From IMG/VR virus record IMGVR_UViG_3300025152_000001: DNA of 48,454 bases; one strand, 5' to 3'. The notes under the pieces were generated by a model, which worked only from the letters and a program-made list of their open reading frames with translations, did no database searches and was not told the DNA's origin. This stretch comes from a virus. Positions 8,188 to 15,927 of this stretch are shown one piece after another (position 1 is the stretch's first letter; every line of letters begins with the position of its first letter). The position numbers and the translations under genes are program-made.

Positions 8188-8524
8188 TTTAAATAAAGTG
8201 ATGTTGATAGGAAATCTGACGAAAGACCCTGAACTTAAAACTATAGGGGAAAGCAATAAAGTGTGTAGATTTGGTATGGCAATGAACAAGAGATACAAAA
8301 CGGAAAGCGGTGAAGAGAAAGAGGAAGTGTGTTTTTTGAGTGTTGATGTGTGGGGAAAACAGGGAGAACTTTGTTCTAAATATCTCAAGAAGGGAAGTCT
8401 AACATTTGTAGAGGGTAGACTGCAATCTAGGTCTTACGAGAAAGACGGGGTGAAGCACTTTGTTCTTGAGGTGGTGGCAGATAGGGTGCAGTTCCTTGAT
8501 AAAAAGGAGAAAGAAGGTGAATAA
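8180..8524 (+). CDS. ssb: single-stranded DNA-binding protein
   Basis: 114 aa. The canonical OB-fold SSB start MASLNKVMLIGNLTKDPEL, then ..FLSVDVWGKQGE..YLKKGSLTFVEGRLQSRSYE. Confidence 0.85.
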   Translation: MASLNKVMLIGNLTKDPELKTIGESNKVCRFGMAMNKRYKTESGEEKEEVCFLSVDVWGKQGELCSKYLKKGSLTFVEGRLQSRSYEKDGVKHFVLEVVADRVQFLDKKEKEGE

Positions 8525-8657
8525 GTTTATATTCCCTTGTGTCTTAATGTTTCTTAATATCTGTGCATCTATAGGGTATTTCTGGAACAAGGATATATGG
8601 ATGGGTTTTTATTGGATAACTGCATTTTTTTTAACGTTCATAATAACATTTAAATAG
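8517..8657 (+). CDS. possible small membrane protein (46 aa, GTG start)
   Basis: Hydrophobic product. The start choice within ORF 8460..8657 is uncertain. Confidence 0.3.
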   Translation: MNKFIFPCVLMFLNICASIGYFWNKDIWMGFYWITAFFLTFIITFK

Positions 8658-8666
8658 GGGGTAATA

Positions 8667-9656
8667 GTGAAAACAAAAGTGGAAATGGCTAGAGAATTGG
8701 TAAAGAAATATCCTTACGAACCATCTTTAACACTTGCCAAGATGTTGTATTCAGATAACAAGTTGTTGTTTAAAGATGCGGAACAAGCAAGAGATAGCAT
8801 AAGACAGGCAAGGGGTGTTGGTGGGGGTAAACACACAAAGAAAAAAGCCGTGCAGATACGAACAAAAGAGCAGATAGAAATATCCAGAGGGATAAAATCC
8901 ATAATACCAGATGAAACACCGTTTAAGGTTGAGAACCTGACCGGTGCTTATAAATGGCTTCTTCTTCCAGATATGCACATACCCTATTTTGACCTAAAAG
9001 CTATTGAGGTGGCGGTGGCATTTGGTAAGAAAGAAAAATGTGATGGGATAATCTACCCTGGAGATTTATCAGACTGCTATTCCCTGTCCACGTTTGACAA
9101 AGACCCTTCGCAGAGAGATTTTCTCGGGGAAATTGCAATGGTTAAGAAGATGATATATGAGATTAGTAGGATAATAAAACCTTCTACAACCATTTGGAAA
9201 ATGGGAAACCACGAACACCGTTTGAGTAGGTTCCTTATGCAGAAAGCACCGATATTGTTTAAACTACCCTCTTTATCATTCGAGAAGATATACGACCTAG
9301 AGCGGTTGAAGGTGAAGACAATACCGCACACTAGTTTGTTGAGATACCAGAAATTGACAATAGGTCACGGAGATGAGTTTGGCTCTGTATCTTCTGCATA
9401 TCCTGCAAGGGGAGTGTTCCTTCGGACAGGTGCTTGTACGTATGTCACTCACTGGCACCGTTCTTCCACTTACACCGAAACAGATTTAAACGGGGATATA
9501 AAGACCTGTTGGAGTAGTGGTTGTCTTTGCAATATGCACCCAGAGTATGCACCTGTCAACAAGTGGAATCACGGGTTTGGTATACTAGAAACAAAGGGTA
9601 AGTATTGGGAGATAAAGAATAAGAGTATTATAAAATCTAAAGTGTTTGAGGGATAA
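8667..9656 (+). CDS. calcineurin-like metallophosphoesterase
   Basis: 329 aa. LLLPDMHIPY (DxH), YPGDLSDCY (GDxxD), GNHEHR, GHGDE and THWHR motifs in canonical order. GTG start after GGGGG. Confidence 0.75.
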   Translation: MKTKVEMARELVKKYPYEPSLTLAKMLYSDNKLLFKDAEQARDSIRQARGVGGGKHTKKKAVQIRTKEQIEISRGIKSIIPDETPFKVENLTGAYKWLLLPDMHIPYFDLKAIEVAVAFGKKEKCDGIIYPGDLSDCYSLSTFDKDPSQRDFLGEIAMVKKMIYEISRIIKPSTTIWKMGNHEHRLSRFLMQKAPILFKLPSLSFEKIYDLERLKVKTIPHTSLLRYQKLTIGHGDEFGSVSSAYPARGVFLRTGACTYVTHWHRSSTYTETDLNGDIKTCWSSGCLCNMHPEYAPVNKWNHGFGILETKGKYWEIKNKSIIKSKVFEG

Positions 9657-9658
9657 GT

Positions 9659-9958
9659 ATGGGATTTACCAGTGCATTGTTTAGAGAGGGTACAACATAT
9701 AATGCGGATTCCAATTTAGGACAAAGTCTAACAAAAAGTTCTTTAGAGCAACGTCTACAAGCATCATATAACCAACAATTACAACAGATGCACGTTCAGA
9801 GTCGACCACAATACCACTATAGAGAAAGTGACGTAGAAAGGTGTTTGTATGATGAACCAAGGTGTTTGTATGATGAACCAATGAAACCTATTATTAACAA
9901 CAAGAAATCAAACAAAGTACAGGAGGATATAGACATATGTTCAAGAACACTAAGATAG
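9659..9958 (+). CDS. hypothetical Gln-rich protein (99 aa) containing a 21-bp in-frame tandem duplication
   Basis: ORF directly after 9656. RCLYDEP RCLYDEP is encoded by two identical 21-nt units. Confidence 0.5.
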   Translation: MGFTSALFREGTTYNADSNLGQSLTKSSLEQRLQASYNQQLQQMHVQSRPQYHYRESDVERCLYDEPRCLYDEPMKPIINNKKSNKVQEDIDICSRTLR

Positions 9959-10260
9959 TTGAGTTGGAAAGAACAATTTGGAAATTAGAACAGGAAAAAG
10001 AAATAAAAAGTAGAATATATGAAATAGAGATAAATAAAGTAAGAGATGGTCAAAAACTAGAAATAGAAAAAGCTGTAATATCTAAACAGAAAGAAATGGA
10101 ACAGGCTTTAATTAAGTCAGACCTACTCCGTGTAGAAGCAGTTGCAAAACTTAACACCTATATTGATATGGACACCAAGGATGACCGCAAAACAATAACT
10201 AAGATGTTGGAGAAAGCGGTTGAGGGGTTGTCAAGTGCAAGGGTTCAGATAGTTAAGTAA
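9937..10260 (+). CDS. hypothetical coiled-coil protein (107 aa)
   Basis: AGGAGG SD. Heptad-rich, charged sequence. Confidence 0.55.
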   Translation: MFKNTKIVELERTIWKLEQEKEIKSRIYEIEINKVRDGQKLEIEKAVISKQKEMEQALIKSDLLRVEAVAKLNTYIDMDTKDDRKTITKMLEKAVEGLSSARVQIVK

Positions 10261-10373
10261 GAAACTTGTCCGTGGTGGTGGTTGCCTGTCAATACAAAAG
10301 GTGTTATTTCGCAGTAGCCCAGTGCGTAAATCTGCCACGAAGAACCACCATTGCGGATATTAAAAGGAGAATT

Positions 10374-10868
10374 ATGGATATAGAATTAGATAAAATATTG
10401 TGTAAGAAATATCCCAAACTGTTTAAGCAAAGACACGGTGATGTTCGTAGAACTGCAATGGTTTGGGGGTTCCAGTGTCGAGCAGGATGGGCAATGCTTA
10501 TTGACGAACTATGCTTTAAGATACAAAATCACTGTGATAAGATGAAGTTTCAGGTGGAGGTGAACACAGTTAAAGAGAAATGGGGTGGGTTGCGGTTTTA
10601 TATTGATGGTGCAGATGAAATGATATACAAGTATATCCACTGGGCAGAAGAGGTATCGTACCATATCTGCGAAGAGTGTGGAACTATGGATAATGTCAAA
10701 ACTTGGTATATTGGGTGGAACAGAACTCTCTGTATAGATTGTGCCAAGAAGGGAGAATACCCTGCTTACTATACCCCACTATATTATTGGTACCACACTA
10801 ATATCCGTTCTAGGTGGATTCATTTTGAGTGGAGAGTTAAATCTTTCTTTAGAAGGAGGGGTAAATGA
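10374..10868 (+). CDS. conserved phage protein (KEKWGGLRFY motif, C-terminal CEECG...CIDC zinc ribbon)
   Basis: Internal ATG with AAAAGGAGA SD. The 108 nt upstream in the long ORF are GC-rich and look non-coding. Confidence 0.6.
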   Translation: MDIELDKILCKKYPKLFKQRHGDVRRTAMVWGFQCRAGWAMLIDELCFKIQNHCDKMKFQVEVNTVKEKWGGLRFYIDGADEMIYKYIHWAEEVSYHICEECGTMDNVKTWYIGWNRTLCIDCAKKGEYPAYYTPLYYWYHTNIRSRWIHFEWRVKSFFRRRGK

Positions 10869-11773
10869 TAAAATCGTTTCCAAAGATTTGGAATTTAGGA
10901 GAGCCTTTTATCAAGGAACTTTATGATGGCGATGTTGAAATAACAGAAAAGATAGATGGCAGTCAGTTTGGATTTGGTATAACTCCGAATGGTGATATTG
11001 TAATGCGAAGCAAGGGAAAAGAGCAATACAAAGAACAATGTGATAAAATGTTTAATTTAGCAACAGAACAGGTCTTTAAGAGAGAAAAGAGATTACTGGA
11101 GTTTCCAAAAGGAACATATTTCTATGGGGAGTATTTGAATAAACCACATCACAATGTACTATCTTACGAGAGAACCCCCAAGGACAATATAATTATATTT
11201 GGAGTGCAAACCCCAGACGGTTCTTTTGTAAGTAAACATTCGGAATTAAAGTGGTTTTCAGATGAAATGGAATTTGAGATAGTACCATTACTTAAGGAAG
11301 GAGTTGTATCTGGAATAGACGAATTGAAACAATTACTTGAAACACCAAGTATTCTGGGTAATTGCAAAATAGAGGGATTTGTAATAAAGAACTACAATAA
11401 GTTTACCCCCTTAATTGGTGGGACTTCTTTCCCTTGTTTTGGCAAGTATGTATCAGAAGCATTTAAAGAAAAACATAACAAAGAGTGGGTTTCTGGTAAG
11501 GACAAGATAACAGAGTTTATTGATAGTTTTAGAAGTGAGGCTAGATGGAATAAGGCAGTACAACACCTTAAAGAAAAGGGACTGCTGACCAATTCCCCCA
11601 AAGATATTCCACTTTTATTTAAAGAAATACATATTGACTTAGTTGAGGAAGAAGAAAGAGCTATAAAGGAAGATTTGTATAAACTCTACATTGACAGTAT
11701 AAAGAGAAAGGCTTGTGGTGGTTTCCCGGAGTGGTATAAAGAAAAACTAATGAAACAATCCGTGGAGGGGTAA
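10865..11773 (+). CDS. ATP-dependent RNA/DNA ligase-like nucleotidyltransferase
   Basis: 302 aa. Motif I EKIDGSQFGF (KxDG), then FYGEY, IIIFGV, EGFVIKNY and GKYVSEAFKE, matching covalent nucleotidyltransferase motifs I, III, IIIa, IV and V. Confidence 0.7.
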   Translation: MIKSFPKIWNLGEPFIKELYDGDVEITEKIDGSQFGFGITPNGDIVMRSKGKEQYKEQCDKMFNLATEQVFKREKRLLEFPKGTYFYGEYLNKPHHNVLSYERTPKDNIIIFGVQTPDGSFVSKHSELKWFSDEMEFEIVPLLKEGVVSGIDELKQLLETPSILGNCKIEGFVIKNYNKFTPLIGGTSFPCFGKYVSEAFKEKHNKEWVSGKDKITEFIDSFRSEARWNKAVQHLKEKGLLTNSPKDIPLLFKEIHIDLVEEEERAIKEDLYKLYIDSIKRKACGGFPEWYKEKLMKQSVEG

Positions 11774-12256
11774 ATGAAAAAGGAATTTACAGCACAAGAT
11801 GTTAATGAAATAGCCAAAGAAAACTGGGTGGCGGGTAAAGTTGGTAATTTTACAGAGTGTCACTGGATTGGAAAAGAGGGTGTTGATGATGTTATTTGGA
11901 TTACGTCTTGTGGGAAGGAAGTTAACGAGATGAATAGTACGGCTTTTGAGGTTTGTCCCTATTGCAATAGACCAGTATGGTTGTGCCAAGAAAAAGCACT
12001 AGCAAAAGCACTTTATGATTATAAAGAAAAAAAACTTATAGAAATTACAGATACTTGTTTAAATTGTAGACCAAAAGTATTCAATGATGGTTTATGTGTT
12101 GGTATAGAAAAGGTTTTGAAAAAATTAAGAGTAATGGCTACGGCGTGGGATAATGCACATTTATCTACTGGTAGTCAATGGAATAAGGCTTTAACACAAT
12201 GTGGCAAATCCGTTGAAGCACTTATAAAACATTTTGAACAGGAGGCTCGGAGATGA
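11774..12256 (+). CDS. hypothetical protein (160 aa)
   Basis: ATG one base after the upstream stop. GGAGGGG SD. CPYCNRP motif. Confidence 0.6.
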   Translation: MKKEFTAQDVNEIAKENWVAGKVGNFTECHWIGKEGVDDVIWITSCGKEVNEMNSTAFEVCPYCNRPVWLCQEKALAKALYDYKEKKLIEITDTCLNCRPKVFNDGLCVGIEKVLKKLRVMATAWDNAHLSTGSQWNKALTQCGKSVEALIKHFEQEARR

Positions 12257-12495
12257 ATTGTGTGAAATGTGGCAATACAACAGATACCTCAATGCTTTGT
12301 CGTGGTTGTGCTATTGATAAGACCTACGATATAGCATACAACAATGGGGTATGTGACGAAAAAGAAAGGATAATTAATATGCTAACGGAATATTTTGTAG
12401 CAGTGAAAATAGGGAAGGGTCAGGGAACCATAGACCAACTTAGAAGAAATGATTTTATAGATGTTTTAATAGAAGCAATAAAAGGAGATAAATGA
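12253..12495 (+). CDS. hypothetical zinc-ribbon protein (80 aa)
   Basis: ATGA coupling. CVKCG...CRGC. Confidence 0.55.
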   Translation: MNCVKCGNTTDTSMLCRGCAIDKTYDIAYNNGVCDEKERIINMLTEYFVAVKIGKGQGTIDQLRRNDFIDVLIEAIKGDK

Positions 12496-12860
12496 AAAAA
12501 CTAGAAAATAAATATCTCAAGAAATCTACCAAAGAGAAACTAACACAGAAATTGAGAAAGTTGTACGATATAAAAGTCCAAACAAAAACGCCAGATTATT
12601 CTAAGATTAGGTTCTGGGGTAAGATGGTTAAGGTCAATGCTATATTTTGTCCTGATTGCCATACTATGATATTCTCTCTCCACCGCCACGATTACAATGA
12701 ATGTAAGTGTGGTAAATATATGATAGACGGTGGATTTGATTATCTTAGATGTTCAGTGAACAGTATTGCCTGTACCATTGGACTTCCGGTAGCACTATTC
12801 AAGGAAATGGGTCTGGACTATCCAGAAAAGGCGGTATATGATAATCGTAGTTCACGGTGA
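12492..12860 (+). CDS. hypothetical zinc-binding protein (122 aa)
   Basis: ATGA coupling. CPDCH...HRHDYNECKCG motif. Confidence 0.55.
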   Translation: MKKLENKYLKKSTKEKLTQKLRKLYDIKVQTKTPDYSKIRFWGKMVKVNAIFCPDCHTMIFSLHRHDYNECKCGKYMIDGGFDYLRCSVNSIACTIGLPVALFKEMGLDYPEKAVYDNRSSR

Positions 12861-13215
12861 TTGTGTTGGTAAGAAAACAAGCCAAGTGTTTGTGTTTCGG
12901 TTGAGAAGGCTTGTACCAAATGCTAGGTTTATACAATATGCTAAAGATTTCGGTAGACAGATTACAGGGGAACACAAGGGGATGTTCTTAAAGGAAGATA
13001 AATTACAGATACATATTGACTGGTTTACATCTAATAGAATAACAATAAGAGATGGGGTTAATATGGAACAATCTATCTGGGATTTGCTTCAAGATTATGA
13101 AGTGATACACAATGATTCACAGTTCTATAAATGGTCTGGGACAAAGAACCTAGATAAATTAAATCCAAGAGTAGAGATAAAAATAGAAAAGTTTTCTCTT
13201 GACATTTCTAAATAA
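12838..13215 (+). CDS. hypothetical protein (125 aa)
   Basis: ORF overlapping the upstream end by 23 nt. Protein-like composition. Confidence 0.5.
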   Translation: MIIVVHGDCVGKKTSQVFVFRLRRLVPNARFIQYAKDFGRQITGEHKGMFLKEDKLQIHIDWFTSNRITIRDGVNMEQSIWDLLQDYEVIHNDSQFYKWSGTKNLDKLNPRVEIKIEKFSLDISK

Positions 13216-13227
13216 ATATGGTATAAT
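13199..13227 (+). promoter_or_regulatory. perfect consensus sigma70/sigmaA promoter (TTGACA-N17-TATAAT, TGG extended -10) placed directly on an ATG
   Basis: ttgaca 13199-13204, tataat 13222-13227. The ATG of ORF 13233 lies 5 nt after the -10 hexamer. Confidence 0.7.
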
Positions 13228-13232
13228 GTATT

Positions 13233-13535
13233 ATGATTGACAAGAAGGCGTACGACTTCAACAAGAAAGTGTGGCATAGCTTTTATCAGGGAGAAATACA
13301 CCATACCTTTGGTGGTTCTCACAGAAGTGGTGTTGGATTATGTTGCCTTCACTTCTTTGAACAAGCACGGTCTGGACATCAAGATAATTGGAGTTGGGTG
13401 GAAGGACTAAAAGAGAAGTTGTTTGATGACTTCCAACTTGCCAAGGATAATTACGATTACTTTGATGGGTGCAGGAAGAAATTGTTTAGCGAATGTGAGT
13501 ATTGTTATTTCTTTAGCGAGGTTCCGAAAGGATAG
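13233..13535 (+). CDS. hypothetical protein (100 aa), predicted leaderless
   Basis: ORF with protein-like composition. There is no SD, and the ATG coincides with the predicted transcription start of the 13199 promoter. Confidence 0.45.
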   Translation: MIDKKAYDFNKKVWHSFYQGEIHHTFGGSHRSGVGLCCLHFFEQARSGHQDNWSWVEGLKEKLFDDFQLAKDNYDYFDGCRKKLFSECEYCYFFSEVPKG

Positions 13536-14215
13536 TCCACCTCTTGGCAATGTGGATAGACCCCAAAGAACAAAAGTGGTTACCTTGCTTCACCCAAAAT
13601 CCTCTCAACCGAAGGATTGGGAAAGTTACCCAGTCGCCCTACAGGGTAAAAGTGGGGATAGTAAATAGAGAGGTAGCTAGGGTGCTAATGGCTTTAGGGT
13701 GGGGAATAATCGTGGGGTTAGTCCCTCGAAAAACCCACCCACCTTGCTAAAATGGCGGGTTGACTTAATTGTGCTTAGCACAGCCGATAAGATGCCTATA
13801 GGTGAAATTTCACGGTGTCATCCCCGCCTCCAATAAATGATTGACTCAGTATGCCTATACCACGCTAATGTGTGGCAAGCATAAATCTCTGGGTTTTGCA
13901 GTACCTTGTGTGCCTCTACTTATATGACGGTATGAGTAAGCAAACTTCACGGGGTCTTTGCGGGGTAGGTTCTGACGAGAATAGCGGATAGCAAGTATTG
14001 GCAAGGGTAGGTACAAACTCTCGTAAGTCCAATCGCCTATCCTATATTAATCAATAGTATTATGAGGTTATTGTAGACGTTCACAACATCACCACGATTG
14101 GCTGTAGCGAGTTTAATTAGTTCAACGTACTTACACTCGTTTTGGACATTATCTTTCACTACAGGGCATCCTAGAGCGATTTAGGGGTATAAAATAGCTA
14201 TATCACGGAGGGGAT
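13536..14215 (+). ncRNA. candidate large structured non-coding RNA (class undetermined)
   Basis: 680 nt without a credible ORF or SD and visibly more GC-rich than its flanks. Nested GC helices include 13697-13703/13734-13740 and 13754-13759/13823-13828, the latter enclosing hairpins 13769-13783 and 13802-13813. The strand is assumed from the flanking transcription. Confidence 0.35.
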
Positions 14216-14449
14216 ATGCGATACACGGTAAAGCCAACCAAAAAGCAACTAAAGATAATGAAGGAGTGTTGGGAAGAGTTTAAGTTCCAAGAGAACCAAT
14301 GGTATGAGGCTATTGGTGGTTTAGAGAAGACCTTGGAACGAGAAACAGGTATTAAGGGGATAGAGTTCTTTAGGAATGATTTTGGCGAATTTGCTGGTAT
14401 CGGCAATATCGCAAGGACAATGAAACTTATAATAGGAGATGACCTATGA
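14216..14449 (+). CDS. hypothetical protein (77 aa)
   Basis: GGAGGGG SD 4 nt before the ATG. Confidence 0.6.
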   Translation: MRYTVKPTKKQLKIMKECWEEFKFQENQWYEAIGGLEKTLERETGIKGIEFFRNDFGEFAGIGNIARTMKLIIGDDL

Positions 14450-14847
14450 AAGACGAACTACTACCAAGAATACTAGACCACTTGAAAATAAAGGAACTAG
14501 GTCTTACCGTTTACCTACTTGCGGACTATGTTCTAAGAGTGAATATGGCTCAACGAGATTATGCTTTGGGTGCTTCTGATGGACAATGGCAACTTAAAAT
14601 AGCTAATGAGGATTTAGAACAATTACAGAAATATATGAACGGTAAGAAGGGTGTTATATACGACAATGTTTATAAGGCAATAGAACTCGGGGAACTTATG
14701 ATGTGTTTTGAGGATAAGGGGAAATGCGGACTTGCTAGAGATTGCTGGATTACTAGAAAAGGTTTTGCCCCTTGCCGTAAAGAACCTATAAAGAAACAAA
14801 GGAGGAATAATGAAAAATCTCTACGTAAAACTACCAAATCTAAATAA
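14446..14847 (+). CDS. hypothetical protein (133 aa)
   Basis: ATGA coupling. Basic C-terminal tail. Confidence 0.6.
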   Translation: MKDELLPRILDHLKIKELGLTVYLLADYVLRVNMAQRDYALGASDGQWQLKIANEDLEQLQKYMNGKKGVIYDNVYKAIELGELMMCFEDKGKCGLARDCWITRKGFAPCRKEPIKKQRRNNEKSLRKTTKSK

Positions 14848-15154
14848 GATAAAGGATTATGAGGATTTCTACAAATTCATTACAAGGAATATGAAGAATC
14901 CAAAGAAACTAAAGATAGATATAACTTCTGTATATCTAACGAAACAAAACGAAACCACCCTTGCAGAACACTTAAAGAAGAAGATGAGAAGAGTTGGAAG
15001 AGCAAAACTATATAGCAATAAGATGTATGAAAAGGCTTGGGCTATGGAATGGTTATGCTATTCTCCCAACACCTCATTACAGGGATTATGTAAAGACGGT
15101 TATGCTTTAATTAATAATACCAAGATATTCATTAAAGAAAGAAAGGAGAAGTAA
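14810..15154 (+). CDS. hypothetical protein (114 aa)
   Basis: AGGAGG SD. Overlaps the upstream 3' end by 38 nt. Confidence 0.55.
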   Translation: MKNLYVKLPNLNKIKDYEDFYKFITRNMKNPKKLKIDITSVYLTKQNETTLAEHLKKKMRRVGRAKLYSNKMYEKAWAMEWLCYSPNTSLQGLCKDGYALINNTKIFIKERKEK

Positions 15155-15378
15155 TGGAACTACCACAGATATTCTCTAAGATTAAACGGGATATAATGTC
15201 TAGTTCGGTACTAACACCCAGCAATCAGTTAAAGGTGTGTCATATATTAAAGCAGTCTTTCAGGGATTGTTTAAGGATTGAAAATGCAGAATTAGGAGAA
15301 GCACCAAGCACTTTCCACGCAGGACAGGATAAATCAGTTAATGAACTGTTTAACCAGATGTTTGGCACTAGTAAGTAA
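15154..15378 (+). CDS. hypothetical protein (74 aa), last gene of the plus arm
   Basis: TAATG coupling. AAGGAG SD. Confidence 0.5.
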   Translation: MELPQIFSKIKRDIMSSSVLTPSNQLKVCHILKQSFRDCLRIENAELGEAPSTFHAGQDKSVNELFNQMFGTSK

Positions 15379-15390
15379 GGGAATAGTAAA

Positions 15391-15420
15391 GGCGGAGGAT
15401 AAATCCGACTATCTTCCGCC
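15391..15420. terminator. hairpin at the convergence point of the two arms (candidate bidirectional terminator)
   Basis: ggcggagg (15391-15398) pairs with cttccgcc (15413-15420), giving 8 bp with one G-U. It lies between the stops at 15378 (+) and 15430 (-). Confidence 0.5.
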
Positions 15421-15429
15421 ATAGGAACA

Positions 15430-15918
15430 TTAGGAAGTCGCCCACAGTTTCTTCTCTCCCACACTATTAAGTGCTTCCTTAAAGTCATTAATGTTCAACT
15501 CTTCATACTTGGCAACAAGTCTTTCGGTGTAATTAGTGCAGGTAGCGTACCGCCTCTTACCGTTTATTAACCAATAATAATAGAGTTTATATTCGTTTCT
15601 ATGTTCGTAACTTTCGGGATATAGTCTTTCAATTAATCTTACATAGTTAATAATTGCTATACTAAAATTAGGGTACTTGCGGAACGTGTCGGCTATTATT
15701 ACTTCTTTTCCGTTTACCACCTCGGGATTATTCTTTAATAGATATACGTCACCCTTCCAACTCTTTGTTGCCTTGACTGAAAACGGGTTATAAGCCTTCA
15801 TTGTTAATTCATTGGACAAGTTGCTCTCACAATAAGCCTGTGCGTAGAGAATAAGCCTATCCCAGTTACCAATATTTGCATATTGTAAGTTATTATAAAA
15901 TTCTGCTAGTTTTAACAT
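15430..15918 (-). CDS. endolysin, glucosaminidase/FlgJ-like (PF01832-type) domain
   Basis: 162 aa. ..LYAQAYCESNLSNELTMKAYNPFSVKAT....ADTFRKYPNFSIAIINYVRLI.. matches the A-x-x-ES...N-x-F-x-x-K...F-R-x-Y pattern. It sits at the end of the lysis cassette. Confidence 0.7.
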   Translation of the reverse strand: MLKLAEFYNNLQYANIGNWDRLILYAQAYCESNLSNELTMKAYNPFSVKATKSWKGDVYLLKNNPEVVNGKEVIIADTFRKYPNFSIAIINYVRLIERLYPESYEHRNEYKLYYYWLINGKRRYATCTNYTERLVAKYEELNINDFKEALNSVGEKKLWATS

Positions 15919-15927
15919 CTTAACCCC

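Noticed and set aside
10261-10373. tRNA gene in the GC-rich leader (and tRNAs elsewhere in the gaps)
   Set aside because: No T-loop (GTTCGAATC-like) or cloverleaf arrangement could be built here. The same is true for 13536-14215, 41022-43165 and 46985-47176.
13423-13750. Track ORFs 13423-13668 and 13544-13750 as genes
   Set aside because: They overlap each other out of frame, have no SD, and have Pro/Arg/Gly-biased odd composition consistent with random frames in GC-rich non-coding sequence.
13536-14215. Group I intron interrupting a gene
   Set aside because: The flanking ORFs are independent: 14216 has its own strong SD, and 13233-13535 ends in a stop. Short stretches resembling group I core words (gacgg..taag..caaac at about 13925-13945, gcaagggtaggtacaaactc at about 14001-14020) occur in the wrong order for a plus-strand intron. 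I have kept this only as an unclassified RNA candidate.
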